In this document: positions 1-8,892 of the stretch, in pieces
Layout: each line of letters begins with the position of its first letter
Numbering within the stretch: the stretch's first letter is position 1
NCBI GenBank assembly: GCA_016704485.1
Contig: JADJAA010000001.1
Location: 2,271,975 to 2,303,974 of the forward strand
DNA from: Flavobacteriales bacterium
Lineage (GTDB): Bacteria; Bacteroidota; Bacteroidia; Flavobacteriales_F; PHOS-HE28
Direction of reading: 5' to 3'
DNA: 32,000 bases
Notes under the pieces: model-generated
The model's database searches: none
What the model was told of the DNA's origin: nothing
The model's input: only the letters and a program-made list of their open reading frames with translations
Position numbers and translations under genes: made by a program

Positions 1-158
1 TGAGGCGGTGAGAAAGTCGACCCGGTTCCCACGTTATTATAAGAAGGCCTTGAACTGGTGACGTGCATGATCGGTCATTCCACAGCCCTATGTGCATGAC
101 CATTTTCCTGAGGTTACTGCTCACCTGATCCACCCACCTACTTTCACCGGCCAGCACT

Positions 159-1475
159 ATGGCCAACGGTAAACAAACCACATCAGCCGTCATTATTCTT
201 GGCGCGCTCTTTTTTCTATTCGGTTTCACAACGTGGATCAATGGTCCACTGATCAGCTATTTGAAGATCATTTGTCAGCTGGATGCTGGCGCCGAACCGT
301 TCTACGTAACGTTCGCCTTTTACATTGCTTATTTCTTTACTGCCTTACCCATGGCATGGGTACTTGGGCGAACTGGTATGAAACTGGGCATGACCTATGG
401 CCTGCTTACCATGGCACTGGGCGCATTGCTATTCATACCCGCAGCACAAATTCGGTCTTATCCGTTGTTCCTGCTGGGGTTGTTCGTCATTGGCACTGGC
501 CTGTCCTTGCTCCAGACAGCGAGTAATCCCTACATCACCGTGGTCGGTCCTATCGAAAGCGCCGCGGCACGGATCAGTATCATGGGCATCTGCAATAAGA
601 TGGCCGGTGTATTGGCACCGATCGTTCTGGGAGCGGTGTTGTTGAGCGATGCGTCCACGCTACAGGCTGAATTGGATGCATTGCAAAGCGTAGCTCAAGA
701 AACCCGTTTGGATGAGATCGCTTCAAGGGTGATCATGCCTTATGCGGTAATGGCGGCGATCCTTGCTGCGCTGGGGCTGCTTGTGCGTTGGTCTCCGTTG
801 CCGGAATTGGAGCAGGAGAGCATAAAGGATAAAGAAACCCACAAGGCGCGATCAGTTTTCACGTTTCCGAACCTCATACTTGGGGTAATTGCGCTGTTCT
901 TGTATGTAGGTGTTGAAGTGGTAGCGGTGGATACGATCGGTGTTTACGGAGAAGCATTGGGAGTGTCACTGGACCATGCCAAGTTGTTGCCCAGTTATCC
1001 GTTGATCGCCATGGTTCTGGCCTATATCGTGGGTATTGCGTGCATTCCTCGTTTCTTTTCGCAGACAACGGCATTGGTTGTTTCCGCATTGCTTGGAATT
1101 GTGTTCGCCCTTGGCGTGATCTTCGTTCCTATCGGCTCTGTTATTTCACTACCCGGATTCGATCTGCTCACCTTCAGCGCCACGAGGATGGAAGTTCCGG
1201 TCAGTGTATTGTTCTTGGCCTTGCTCGGTTTGGCGAATGGGTTGATGTGGCCAGCGATATGGCCTTTGGCAATAAATGGGCTTGGACGTGCGATCAACGT
1301 GGGTAGCGCAATGCTCATTATGGCAATAGCTGGAGGCGCCATCCTTCCTTTGATCTATGGTTGGTTCAGCGCATTACCGAGCATAGGCGTACAGCATGCG
1401 TATTGGCTGTTAGTGCCATGCTACGTTTACATTCTGTGGTATGGGGTCAAAGGCTCACGCATATTGAAGTGGTGA
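159..1475 (+). CDS. Sugar MFS transporter, FucP/GluP (fucose or glucose/galactose:H+ symporter) family
   Basis: 438-aa ORF, hydrophobic throughout (about 12 TM segments by eye). The blocks LGALFFLFGFTTWINGPL..LK, LFIPAA, LQTASNPY and ARISIMGICNKMAG match the FucP/GluP family pattern as I recall it. No search run. Confidence 0.8.
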   Translation: MANGKQTTSAVIILGALFFLFGFTTWINGPLISYLKIICQLDAGAEPFYVTFAFYIAYFFTALPMAWVLGRTGMKLGMTYGLLTMALGALLFIPAAQIRSYPLFLLGLFVIGTGLSLLQTASNPYITVVGPIESAAARISIMGICNKMAGVLAPIVLGAVLLSDASTLQAELDALQSVAQETRLDEIASRVIMPYAVMAAILAALGLLVRWSPLPELEQESIKDKETHKARSVFTFPNLILGVIALFLYVGVEVVAVDTIGVYGEALGVSLDHAKLLPSYPLIAMVLAYIVGIACIPRFFSQTTALVVSALLGIVFALGVIFVPIGSVISLPGFDLLTFSATRMEVPVSVLFLALLGLANGLMWPAIWPLAINGLGRAINVGSAMLIMAIAGGAILPLIYGWFSALPSIGVQHAYWLLVPCYVYILWYGVKGSRILKW

Positions 1476-1641
1476 TCTGTGTATTTCGGATCTTAATTTC
1501 AACAGCTCACGGATCTGCGTATGCCACGGCGTTCGTGTCATACAAGGTGTATGGCATTCTCCGTTAGACAATAAGTGTTGAAAACTGAAGCCTTTTGAGG
1601 ATCTGGCCGTATAACGCAATGTTACCTTCGCTTCCCAACAT

Positions 1642-2562
1642 ATGAAACACCGTATTCGAATGGTTTTGCCATACTCAATAAAGTCCGCGGTTGGCGCGGG
1701 TCTTTGTCTATTCTTATTCGCCTGTGGTGATCCAGCTCACGAAACGGATAGCACTAAGGCCGTAGACTCCTTGACCACGACGACACCGAAAGAAACCGAA
1801 GTACTTAACATCGGTGGTAAGCTTTTCAGCATTCCTTCGCCAACACAAACGGCCATGGCAATGCGAAGTGCAGGCCTTGAATATCATAAGGAAAGTACAG
1901 CACCTTTGGAGAAAGGTGGGACGGCAACGAGTAAAACTAGCCAGAGCTTATTGCTCGGGGTATTCGGTGCGGATCTGTCCTATTCCACTGTGCATAAGGA
2001 TGGTCAACGTGCTCTAGCTACCATGCAAGCGATCGAGAAACTGGGCGGTAAGCTGGAAGTGGCAAATGCCTTCGATAAAGCGCTGTTGGATCGTTTCAAA
2101 TCGAACCTAGGTAGTGAGGATAGCTTGATGCGGTTCAGCGGGATCGCCTTCCGAGCTGCAGATAAGTACTTGAAGAACAATAAGCGGGATGACGTGAGTT
2201 CGCTTGTGCTTGCAGGTGGATGGGTTGAATCACTATATCTGACCGTATCCGATCCTTCCGCGGTGAAAAGTGAAGCGCTGATGAATCGCATTGGTGAGCA
2301 GAAGAATGTCCTCAATGGCCTCATTGAGATCCTTGTTGCTTCGGATACTGACAACAGTGCCGGGGAATTGGTGAAGGAACTAAAGGCATTGCAAGGCCAC
2401 TTTGCTGGGGTTACAAGCACATATACTTTTGAGCAGCCAGTTACCGAAACTGCTAGCAAAACGACTTATATCAAAAGCAAGACCTCGGTGACCATTCCTG
2501 AGAATACGTTACAGGAGATCGTCAAGTCGGTTACTTCCATTCGTTCTATGATCATCGCCTGA
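1642..2562 (+). CDS. Hypothetical lipoprotein
   Basis: 306-aa ORF. The N-terminal signal peptide ends in a lipobox-like LFLFAC followed by GD. The rest is hydrophilic with no recognisable catalytic motif. The stop lies 2 nt before the next ORF. Confidence 0.6.
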   Translation: MKHRIRMVLPYSIKSAVGAGLCLFLFACGDPAHETDSTKAVDSLTTTTPKETEVLNIGGKLFSIPSPTQTAMAMRSAGLEYHKESTAPLEKGGTATSKTSQSLLLGVFGADLSYSTVHKDGQRALATMQAIEKLGGKLEVANAFDKALLDRFKSNLGSEDSLMRFSGIAFRAADKYLKNNKRDDVSSLVLAGGWVESLYLTVSDPSAVKSEALMNRIGEQKNVLNGLIEILVASDTDNSAGELVKELKALQGHFAGVTSTYTFEQPVTETASKTTYIKSKTSVTIPENTLQEIVKSVTSIRSMIIA

Positions 2563-2564
2563 AC

Positions 2565-2981
2565 ATGTACAGGAAACTACTTCTTTCAACAGTGATCGCC
2601 ACAACTATGTCGGCGTCAGCGCAGAATATGTGTGAATCCATCGCAACCCGATGTGAGCAGCACATTACCGAGAATTACATCCCCGATGGTCAGTTCTATA
2701 GAGCCTTATTACAAGGCGACGAGATAGCTGAATTCAGCATGACCTTGTTCGGCGGAACTACTTACCGAATAGCCGCTTGTAGTGGTGAAACCGACGGGAT
2801 CCTGCTCTTTACGGTCTATGATAGAGAGCATAATATCCTTTATACCAACAAGGATCATTTCAATGCTCCCTATTGGGACCTTTCCATTGCCAACACCATG
2901 GATGTTACGGTGGAAGCTGATCTTGATGCATCAAAAGCAGGCAGCGGATGTGCCGTTCTGCTCATGGGCTTCAAGAAATAG
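2565..2981 (+). CDS. Hypothetical secreted protein
   Basis: 138-aa ORF tightly coupled to the preceding gene. Signal peptide MYRKLLLSTVIATTMSASA/QN. No family recognised. Confidence 0.55.
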   Translation: MYRKLLLSTVIATTMSASAQNMCESIATRCEQHITENYIPDGQFYRALLQGDEIAEFSMTLFGGTTYRIAACSGETDGILLFTVYDREHNILYTNKDHFNAPYWDLSIANTMDVTVEADLDASKAGSGCAVLLMGFKK

Positions 2982-3011
2982 GAAGTTCTCCGTTACATAC
3001 CGCAACATTTC

Positions 3012-3047
3012 GAACGCTCCTCCCGTAAAGAGGGGCGTTCTTCTTTG
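3012..3047 (+). terminator. Rho-independent terminator candidate
   Basis: GAACGCTCCTC (3012-3022) pairs with GAGGGGCGTTC (3030-3040): 11 bp including one G-U. The loop is CCGTAAA, followed by TTCTTTG. It lies 31 nt after the stop at 2981. Confidence 0.5.
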
Positions 3048-3072
3048 CCGTAATGCGAAGGGGAAGTGATGC

Positions 3073-6000
3073 ATGAGTGAGAAGATACTTAAGGCCTTAT
3101 TGCAATTGTTCGCCATTATTGCGAAAGGCGATTCCGTTGGTAACGGTGATCGGCCGGAGAACTCGCTTCCATTGGAACGGTTCCTACGAAAACAGTTCAG
3201 TCCGGAAATAGCACTTGCGCACATGGCCAGGTACCATGCATTCGTGCAGGCATTTCATGCAAGTGGTGGTGAAAGCCGCTCAGGGCGAAAGCGTACTTCG
3301 TTGAATTCGGTCAAAGTGCTTAAGATCTGCACGCAGGTGAACGAAGAGCTTAACCAACGGCAGAAATTCGTGGTGCTTGTTCATCTATTGGAGTTCATTG
3401 TAGCCAATGGCGAGGTGAGCGCTCAAGAGAATGATTTTGTTGCCACTGTGGCCGAAACGTTCAATATTGGTCAGCAGGATTTCAACCGATGCAAGGTCTT
3501 CGTTGAACAGAATACCAAGGAACGTCAGGACGCAACGCACCTCCTCTACATCAATGCAGCAGTTGAGAATACGTTTGACTCTGCAAAGCACCTGCACGCG
3601 CATGGCCTGGAAGGTGAATTACGCGTTCTCCATCTGCCAAGCGTGAACCTGTACGTTATGCGTTACACCGGCCAGGATGAAGTCATGATGAACGGTCAAC
3701 GCATGGCTCAGGACAGTCATTACGTGTTGAGCAATGGTACCAGCGTACGCCCGCCGAACGGTGTGCCGATCTACTATAGTGATATCCTGAGTGCGTTCAT
3801 GGCCAAGAAAGGTCGTGCACGGTTGGTATTCAAAGCGGATGGGATCGAATACAAGTTCCCTAACGGGCGCATGGGCCTACATGAATTGCACATGGTGGAA
3901 CCCGGTGGCAAGCTCATCGGCATCATGGGAGGCAGTGGAAGTGGTAAGAGCACATTGCTGAACGTATTGAACGGGAATCTAGCGCCGAGCCGCGGGCATG
4001 TTACGATCAACGGCATAGATGTACATACTGAACGCGATCGTATACGGGGAGTCATTGGCCATGTTAGCCAAGATGATCTATTGATCGAGGAACTCACCGT
4101 GTTCCAGAATCTATTCTACAACGCAAAATTGAGCTTCGGTGACCTGAATGATGAGCAGGTAAGTGAGCGCGTAATGCGAATGCTTCAAACGCTTGGCCTT
4201 TACGATACCAAAGATCTTAAAGTGGGCAGTCCACTGGAGAAGACCATCAGTGGCGGTCAACGCAAACGCGTGAACATCGCACTGGAATTGATCCGAGAAC
4301 CGAGCGTGTTGTTCGTTGATGAACCTACCAGCGGTCTTAGTTCGCGGGATAGTGAGAACATCATGGACCTGCTGAAGGAACTCGCGCTCAGAGGTCGTTT
4401 GGTATTCATAGTGATCCATCAACCCTCATCGGAGATCTTCAAGTTGTTCGATCGCTTGCTGCTCATGGATCAGGAAGGTCATCCGGTCTATCACGGTGAT
4501 CCTGTGGATGCAGTTGTCTATTTTAAACGTGTAACCGGTCAAGTGAACAGTGAAGTAGGACAATGTGCGGCGTGTGGCAACGTGAACCCCGAACAGATCT
4601 TCAATATTCTTGAAGCTAAGCTAGTGGATGAATACGGGAACGAGACCGATCAAAGGCGCATAAGCCCGGAAGCATGGAACGAAGTGTTCCGTGCACAAGC
4701 GCCGGCACGTATTGCTCAGGTCGCCGATGAACGAAGTATTCCGAAAAGTACGTTCGCGATCCCGCGGAAGATCAGACAGCTCCAGGTGTACTTCAAACGT
4801 GATCTGCTTAGCAAACTGGCCAACCGCCAGTACGTGCTGATCAACTTATTGGAAGCTCCTATTCTGGCCTTTGTAATGGCCTTCTTTCTGAAGTTCTATC
4901 GCACAGGACCAGGTACCAGTGGCGAATACATTTTCAGAGAAAATGAGAACCTTCCGCAATACTTGTTCATTGCCGTAATTGTTGCGCTTTTCTTAGGATT
5001 GACGGTAAGTGCCGAAGAGATCATTCGGGACCGCAGGATCCGCCAACGCGAAAAATTCCTGGACCTAAGCTATACCAGCTATCTCCTAAGCAAGATCAGT
5101 ATTCTCTTCATGATCTCTGCATTACAGATGATCTTCTTCGTGCTGGTTGGCAATGCCGTTCTAGGGATCAGTGGTCTCACATTCGCACATTGGCTATTGC
5201 TGTTCAGTATTTCCTGTTTTGCGAACGTATTGGGACTGAATGTCAGTGCGAGTTTCAATAGTGCGAAGGTCATCTATATCATGATCCCGGTGCTGATCAT
5301 CCCTCAGCTTCTGTTCAGTGGCATCATCGTTAAGTTCGATAAACTGCACCCGTGGTTCGCATCGCAGAATAGTGTGCCGTTCATTGGTAACGTAATGGCA
5401 TCGCGCTGGGCTTACGAAGGGCTTGCCGTTACGCAGTTCATGGATAATGAATATGAACGGAACTTCTATGCGTTGGACCAGCGCATGAAGACCGCGAACT
5501 GGAAGAAAGACCTATGGGTGCGTGAATTGCAGAATTCCGTTGGTAACGTGCGGCGTGGATTGGATGGGCACATGGAGAATTTGAACATGGCCTATGAACT
5601 CGAGCTGTTGCGCGGGGAGCTGACCAAGGAGACTGAACGACTGAATGGATTCTCCGTTCCGGATCTGCAAAAGTTGGATCCAGAGCACGTTACACAGGGT
5701 GCACTGGACAGGGTAGATGAGAGCTTGAACATCCTGACCGAACATTACCGGTGGACCTATAAATCCGCGGAATCACTCAAGGAAGAACGCATCGCAAAAA
5801 TGACCGGTACGCCGGAAGCACGTGAGGCCTATTTTGAACTGTTGGATCAGTATAGGAATGAGAGCCTTGCCGATATCGTCACGAACAAGAACGATGTGAA
5901 CGTGATCGTATCCTACAAAGGTGAACTTGTACAAAAGAACGACCCCGTCTACTTGGAACCGGTCAAAGCTGGATTGTTCGGCGCTCAGTTCTATGCACCC

Positions 6001-6147
6001 GCGAAATATGTATTCGGGTTCCGGATACCTACGTTATGGGCCAACACGTTCGTGCTTTGGCTGATGTCCTTACTGCTTGCGATCGCGCTGAAATTCGAGA
6101 TCTTCCCCAAGCTGATGCATTTGATCCCGAACAAACGGTCTCACTGA
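3073..6147 (+). CDS. ABC transporter, fused ATP-binding and ABC-2-type permease (ABCG-like half transporter) with long N- and C-terminal extensions
   Basis: 1024-aa ORF. Walker A GGSGSGKST, signature ISGGQRKRVNIA, Walker B LFVDEPTSGLS and the H-loop region VIHQPS are followed by about 6 TM segments. An N-terminal extension of about 260 aa and a charged, coiled-coil-like segment of about 200 aa precede a final TM helix. Confidence 0.85.
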   Translation: MSEKILKALLQLFAIIAKGDSVGNGDRPENSLPLERFLRKQFSPEIALAHMARYHAFVQAFHASGGESRSGRKRTSLNSVKVLKICTQVNEELNQRQKFVVLVHLLEFIVANGEVSAQENDFVATVAETFNIGQQDFNRCKVFVEQNTKERQDATHLLYINAAVENTFDSAKHLHAHGLEGELRVLHLPSVNLYVMRYTGQDEVMMNGQRMAQDSHYVLSNGTSVRPPNGVPIYYSDILSAFMAKKGRARLVFKADGIEYKFPNGRMGLHELHMVEPGGKLIGIMGGSGSGKSTLLNVLNGNLAPSRGHVTINGIDVHTERDRIRGVIGHVSQDDLLIEELTVFQNLFYNAKLSFGDLNDEQVSERVMRMLQTLGLYDTKDLKVGSPLEKTISGGQRKRVNIALELIREPSVLFVDEPTSGLSSRDSENIMDLLKELALRGRLVFIVIHQPSSEIFKLFDRLLLMDQEGHPVYHGDPVDAVVYFKRVTGQVNSEVGQCAACGNVNPEQIFNILEAKLVDEYGNETDQRRISPEAWNEVFRAQAPARIAQVADERSIPKSTFAIPRKIRQLQVYFKRDLLSKLANRQYVLINLLEAPILAFVMAFFLKFYRTGPGTSGEYIFRENENLPQYLFIAVIVALFLGLTVSAEEIIRDRRIRQREKFLDLSYTSYLLSKISILFMISALQMIFFVLVGNAVLGISGLTFAHWLLLFSISCFANVLGLNVSASFNSAKVIYIMIPVLIIPQLLFSGIIVKFDKLHPWFASQNSVPFIGNVMASRWAYEGLAVTQFMDNEYERNFYALDQRMKTANWKKDLWVRELQNSVGNVRRGLDGHMENLNMAYELELLRGELTKETERLNGFSVPDLQKLDPEHVTQGALDRVDESLNILTEHYRWTYKSAESLKEERIAKMTGTPEAREAYFELLDQYRNESLADIVTNKNDVNVIVSYKGELVQKNDPVYLEPVKAGLFGAQFYAPAKYVFGFRIPTLWANTFVLWLMSLLLAIALKFEIFPKLMHLIPNKRSH

Positions 6148-6533
6148 CCGTCGACCTCTTCAATAAGGATCATTTTGAACGGTACGTTAATGATCCCAGC
6201 GTAGTCCTCACCGGCTTCGTGCATGTCCTCATCATCCGCTTCGTAATGCCACAGAATGATCACTTCGTTCCCGGCAGCACGGATGGCTTCCAATTTCTTG
6301 AAAACATCCAGAATGGACTTGGAAGAACTGGTATTGAAATATTCCAGTTGCATATGTAGCGTCGACTTGGCCTTTGGAGACCTACCGTATTGGTCGATCC
6401 AGTCGATCAATGGCTTGTAGAATTCAATGGAATTCTCCGGTATGGAGCGTCCTTTCAATTCCATGAGACCGCTCTCAGGATCGAAGTTCACATGAGGTGT
6501 CTTTGGTGAGCCTTCTAATTTCAACGATTCCAT
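6141..6533 (-). CDS. SiaC-like DUF1987 partner-switch phosphoprotein
   Basis: 130-aa ORF. The N-terminus LEGSPKTPHVNFDPESGLMELKGRSIPENSIEFYKPLIDWI and the YFNTSSSK motif match the DUF1987/SiaC family as I recall it. It sits directly downstream of a SiaB-like gene. Confidence 0.7.
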   Translation of the reverse strand: MESLKLEGSPKTPHVNFDPESGLMELKGRSIPENSIEFYKPLIDWIDQYGRSPKAKSTLHMQLEYFNTSSSKSILDVFKKLEAIRAAGNEVIILWHYEADDEDMHEAGEDYAGIINVPFKMILIEEVDGQ

Positions 6534-6544
6534 CAGTAATTGGT

Positions 6545-7102
6545 CTATTTGATCACATTAACGTTAAGGCTGAAGAACGAATTGTGCTCATCGTAGGGCA
6601 CGAAACCATACTCGAGCTTGCCTCCGCTCTTTCTGGCAATGTCGATCATTCCTAATCCTCCTCCTCCGTTGGCGCTGAATTTGCCGTTGGTCAGTGTTTC
6701 CTTGTAGAGATCCCGGAGTCCATCGGGCTCCAATCCATTGATCTTGTCCAAATGGATCTTCATTTTTTCCACGTCCTTCCCAGCAATGAAGTTACCTGTG
6801 ACCACGGAATATCCTTCTTCAAAGTGCGCGATCATCACAACGCCATGTGGATCTTTGAGATGGGCATCCTGCCCATTGTCAACTTGCTTTACCGCGTTGT
6901 GATGAAATAGATTCTGAAGGCATTCCATGACCACATTGAAGACCCGTTTACGCGTCTTTGCGTCGGATTCAATGATATCCATTTTCTGCTCGATCATGCC
7001 CAATAACGCTGTGATCAACTCCGGTGTTAGGGAGCCCTTGAACGACAGCATTACGCGCTGGCGTTCCAAGGAATCATACAGGTCATGTATTTGGTCGAGC
7101 AT
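6545..7102 (-). CDS. SiaB-like protein kinase (RsbW/HATPase-like fold)
   Basis: 185-aa ORF 11 nt upstream of the DUF1987 gene. Its size, the C-terminal GGGGLGMIDIARKSG ATP-lid-like motif and the pairing with DUF1987 fit the SiaB family. Confidence 0.65.
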   Translation of the reverse strand: MLDQIHDLYDSLERQRVMLSFKGSLTPELITALLGMIEQKMDIIESDAKTRKRVFNVVMECLQNLFHHNAVKQVDNGQDAHLKDPHGVVMIAHFEEGYSVVTGNFIAGKDVEKMKIHLDKINGLEPDGLRDLYKETLTNGKFSANGGGGLGMIDIARKSGGKLEYGFVPYDEHNSFFSLNVNVIK

Positions 7103-7210
7103 TTCTTAGCGTTGGCAGCACCTCGCAGTACATCCACCCTGCAAAGAAAGCTGCATTGCAGGAGGTTTTCCAGAACAAGATGCGGAGTTATGCACGTATT
7201 TGTTAACGGT

Positions 7211-7975
7211 ATGGATCCTTTACTTTCGCCGCCTTGTATTACGCTAATGAGCTGGTTCACCCAATGGTTCGGTACCCGTTATTATGCGTTGCTCTATGGG
7301 CATCGCGATAGTGATGAAGCACAACCATGGGCCAGTTCCATCCTGGAGAAATGGAACTTGAAAGCTGGTTCCGACCTATTGGATATGGCCTGTGGGAGAG
7401 GAAGGCATGCCTTGTGGTTCGCGGAACATGGCATGAACGTGATCGGTATAGATCTATCCGAACAAAGCATCGCGGATGCGCGGATCGCTGCACCGGCCGT
7501 TGAGTTCCACGTACACGATATGCGCATCCCTTTCGCTACCGATCGTTTTGACGGTGCATATTGTTTGTTCACGAGTCTGGGTTATTCGGATTCGTTGGAA
7601 GATGATCACAAAGTGTTCGCTGGGGTGATGCAAGCGTTGAGACCTGGTGGCCGGTTCGTGCTTGATTTCATGAATACACACGCTGTGCTTCGCGATCTTG
7701 TACCAATGGAAGAAGTGGTGCGTGATGGGGTTCATTTCAAAATTGAACGCGGTCTTGAAGAGGCTATCCTCGTGAAGCGGATAACCGTCACGGACAGTGA
7801 TCAGGTTCATCATTACCAAGAACGGGTACAAGCACTAATGCCCGAAAAGCTTATCGAAATGGCAGTGGCGGCCGGTCTGGTCATCGATGACCTTACAGAT
7901 GGGCCAGTTCCAGTGCCATTTGATAAAGACACTTCCAGCCGTTTTGTTCTTTGGGCCCATAAACCGAACGCATGA
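7211..7975 (+). CDS. Class I SAM-dependent methyltransferase
   Basis: SAM-binding motif I LLDMACGRGRHA, plus DLSEQSI, HDMR and LRPGGRFVLDF blocks. Start is taken at ATG 7211, with ATG 7247 as an alternative. The track start 7085 adds an unlikely leader that overlaps the divergent siaB-like start. Confidence 0.8.
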   Translation: MDPLLSPPCITLMSWFTQWFGTRYYALLYGHRDSDEAQPWASSILEKWNLKAGSDLLDMACGRGRHALWFAEHGMNVIGIDLSEQSIADARIAAPAVEFHVHDMRIPFATDRFDGAYCLFTSLGYSDSLEDDHKVFAGVMQALRPGGRFVLDFMNTHAVLRDLVPMEEVVRDGVHFKIERGLEEAILVKRITVTDSDQVHHYQERVQALMPEKLIEMAVAAGLVIDDLTDGPVPVPFDKDTSSRFVLWAHKPNA

Positions 7976-8694
7976 TAGTCACGGTAGGGATCCTCTTTTT
8001 TGTGCTGCCCCTGCTCGCAGGAGGAACGGTGCGTTTGCTTAAGCCGGACCCCAAGTGGTTACGCTTATTGCTTTCATTCAGTGGTGCTTTCCTACTTGGT
8101 GTCGTATTCCTGCACATGTTGCCGGAGCTGTATCACCATGTTGGGACGGGTATAGGCCTATGGGTGCTGGCGGGCTTCCTGCTGCAGGTGGTACTTGAGT
8201 TCTTCAGCCATGGTATCGAGCACGGACATTTGCACGTCCATGGAGCGCATGGAAAAGCGCTGCCCTTGATCACGTTGCTCAGTTTATGTATCCATTCCTT
8301 CGCTGAAGGAATGCCATTCGCACAAGAACACGTTGCGAGCGACATGCCTTTCCTATTCGGTGTTCTGTTGCATAAGATGCCAATGGCCATTGCGCTGGCT
8401 ACCGTCCTGCAACGCACAGGTACCAATGGACTACAAGGGTGGCTCCTCCTTATTATTTTCGCTCTCGCTGCGCCAATGGGAATTCTTGTTGGACATTTGG
8501 TAGGGGAGGGAATCGGCATGCAACCGCTGGACAATATGCTCGCGCTTGCAATTGGCATGTTGTTGCACATCAGCACCACCATCATCTTCGAGAGTGCTCC
8601 GGAACACCGATTCAACGCTGCACGTTTCGTTGCTGTGTTGATCGGTGCGGGCCTTGCGGCGCTTATGCTGCTGGGTGAAGGGCATGTGCATTAG
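7972..8694 (+). CDS. ZIP family metal (Zn/Fe) transporter
   Basis: 240-aa polytopic ORF. It has HMLPE, a His-rich loop HGIEHGHLHVHGAHG, and HSFAEG and HKMP blocks typical of ZupT/ZIP proteins. A 4-nt ATGA overlap joins it to the upstream gene. Confidence 0.8.
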   Translation: MIVTVGILFFVLPLLAGGTVRLLKPDPKWLRLLLSFSGAFLLGVVFLHMLPELYHHVGTGIGLWVLAGFLLQVVLEFFSHGIEHGHLHVHGAHGKALPLITLLSLCIHSFAEGMPFAQEHVASDMPFLFGVLLHKMPMAIALATVLQRTGTNGLQGWLLLIIFALAAPMGILVGHLVGEGIGMQPLDNMLALAIGMLLHISTTIIFESAPEHRFNAARFVAVLIGAGLAALMLLGEGHVH

Positions 8695-8789
8695 GATTGG
8701 TTGGGTACTAGCGATACGGACCTTGTTTTATACCAATTCACGGGGACACCATAATGCGAATTCACGCCCGGTTTCATAAGAGAGTTTAG

Positions 8790-8797
8790 TCTTTATA
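8790..8797. repeat. Left 8-bp target-site duplication TCTTTATA
   Basis: An identical octamer occurs at 10023-10030, and the two copies directly abut the two terminal inverted repeats. Confidence 0.7.
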
Positions 8798-8892
8798 GGG
8801 TTAATGGACAAAACGAATGGTAAAACCTTCTGAAAGTCCTGCCTGGCTTAGGTTAGAGGCCTTTCAAAGGTCATGAACCAAAAAAGTGCTCT

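Noticed and set aside
7085-7210. N-terminal extension of the methyltransferase ORF
   Set aside because: The extension overlaps the divergent SiaB-like gene start and has an Arg/Cys-rich non-protein-like composition. The family-typical N-terminus begins near MSWFTQWFG.
8133-8615. 160-aa minus-strand ORF inside the ZIP transporter gene
   Set aside because: It is antisense to a CDS with clear family motifs and has Cys/Pro/Arg-rich low-complexity composition. The same reasoning applies to 19512-20042 (inside mmsA), 2004-2459, 1022-1342 and the other nested ORFs.
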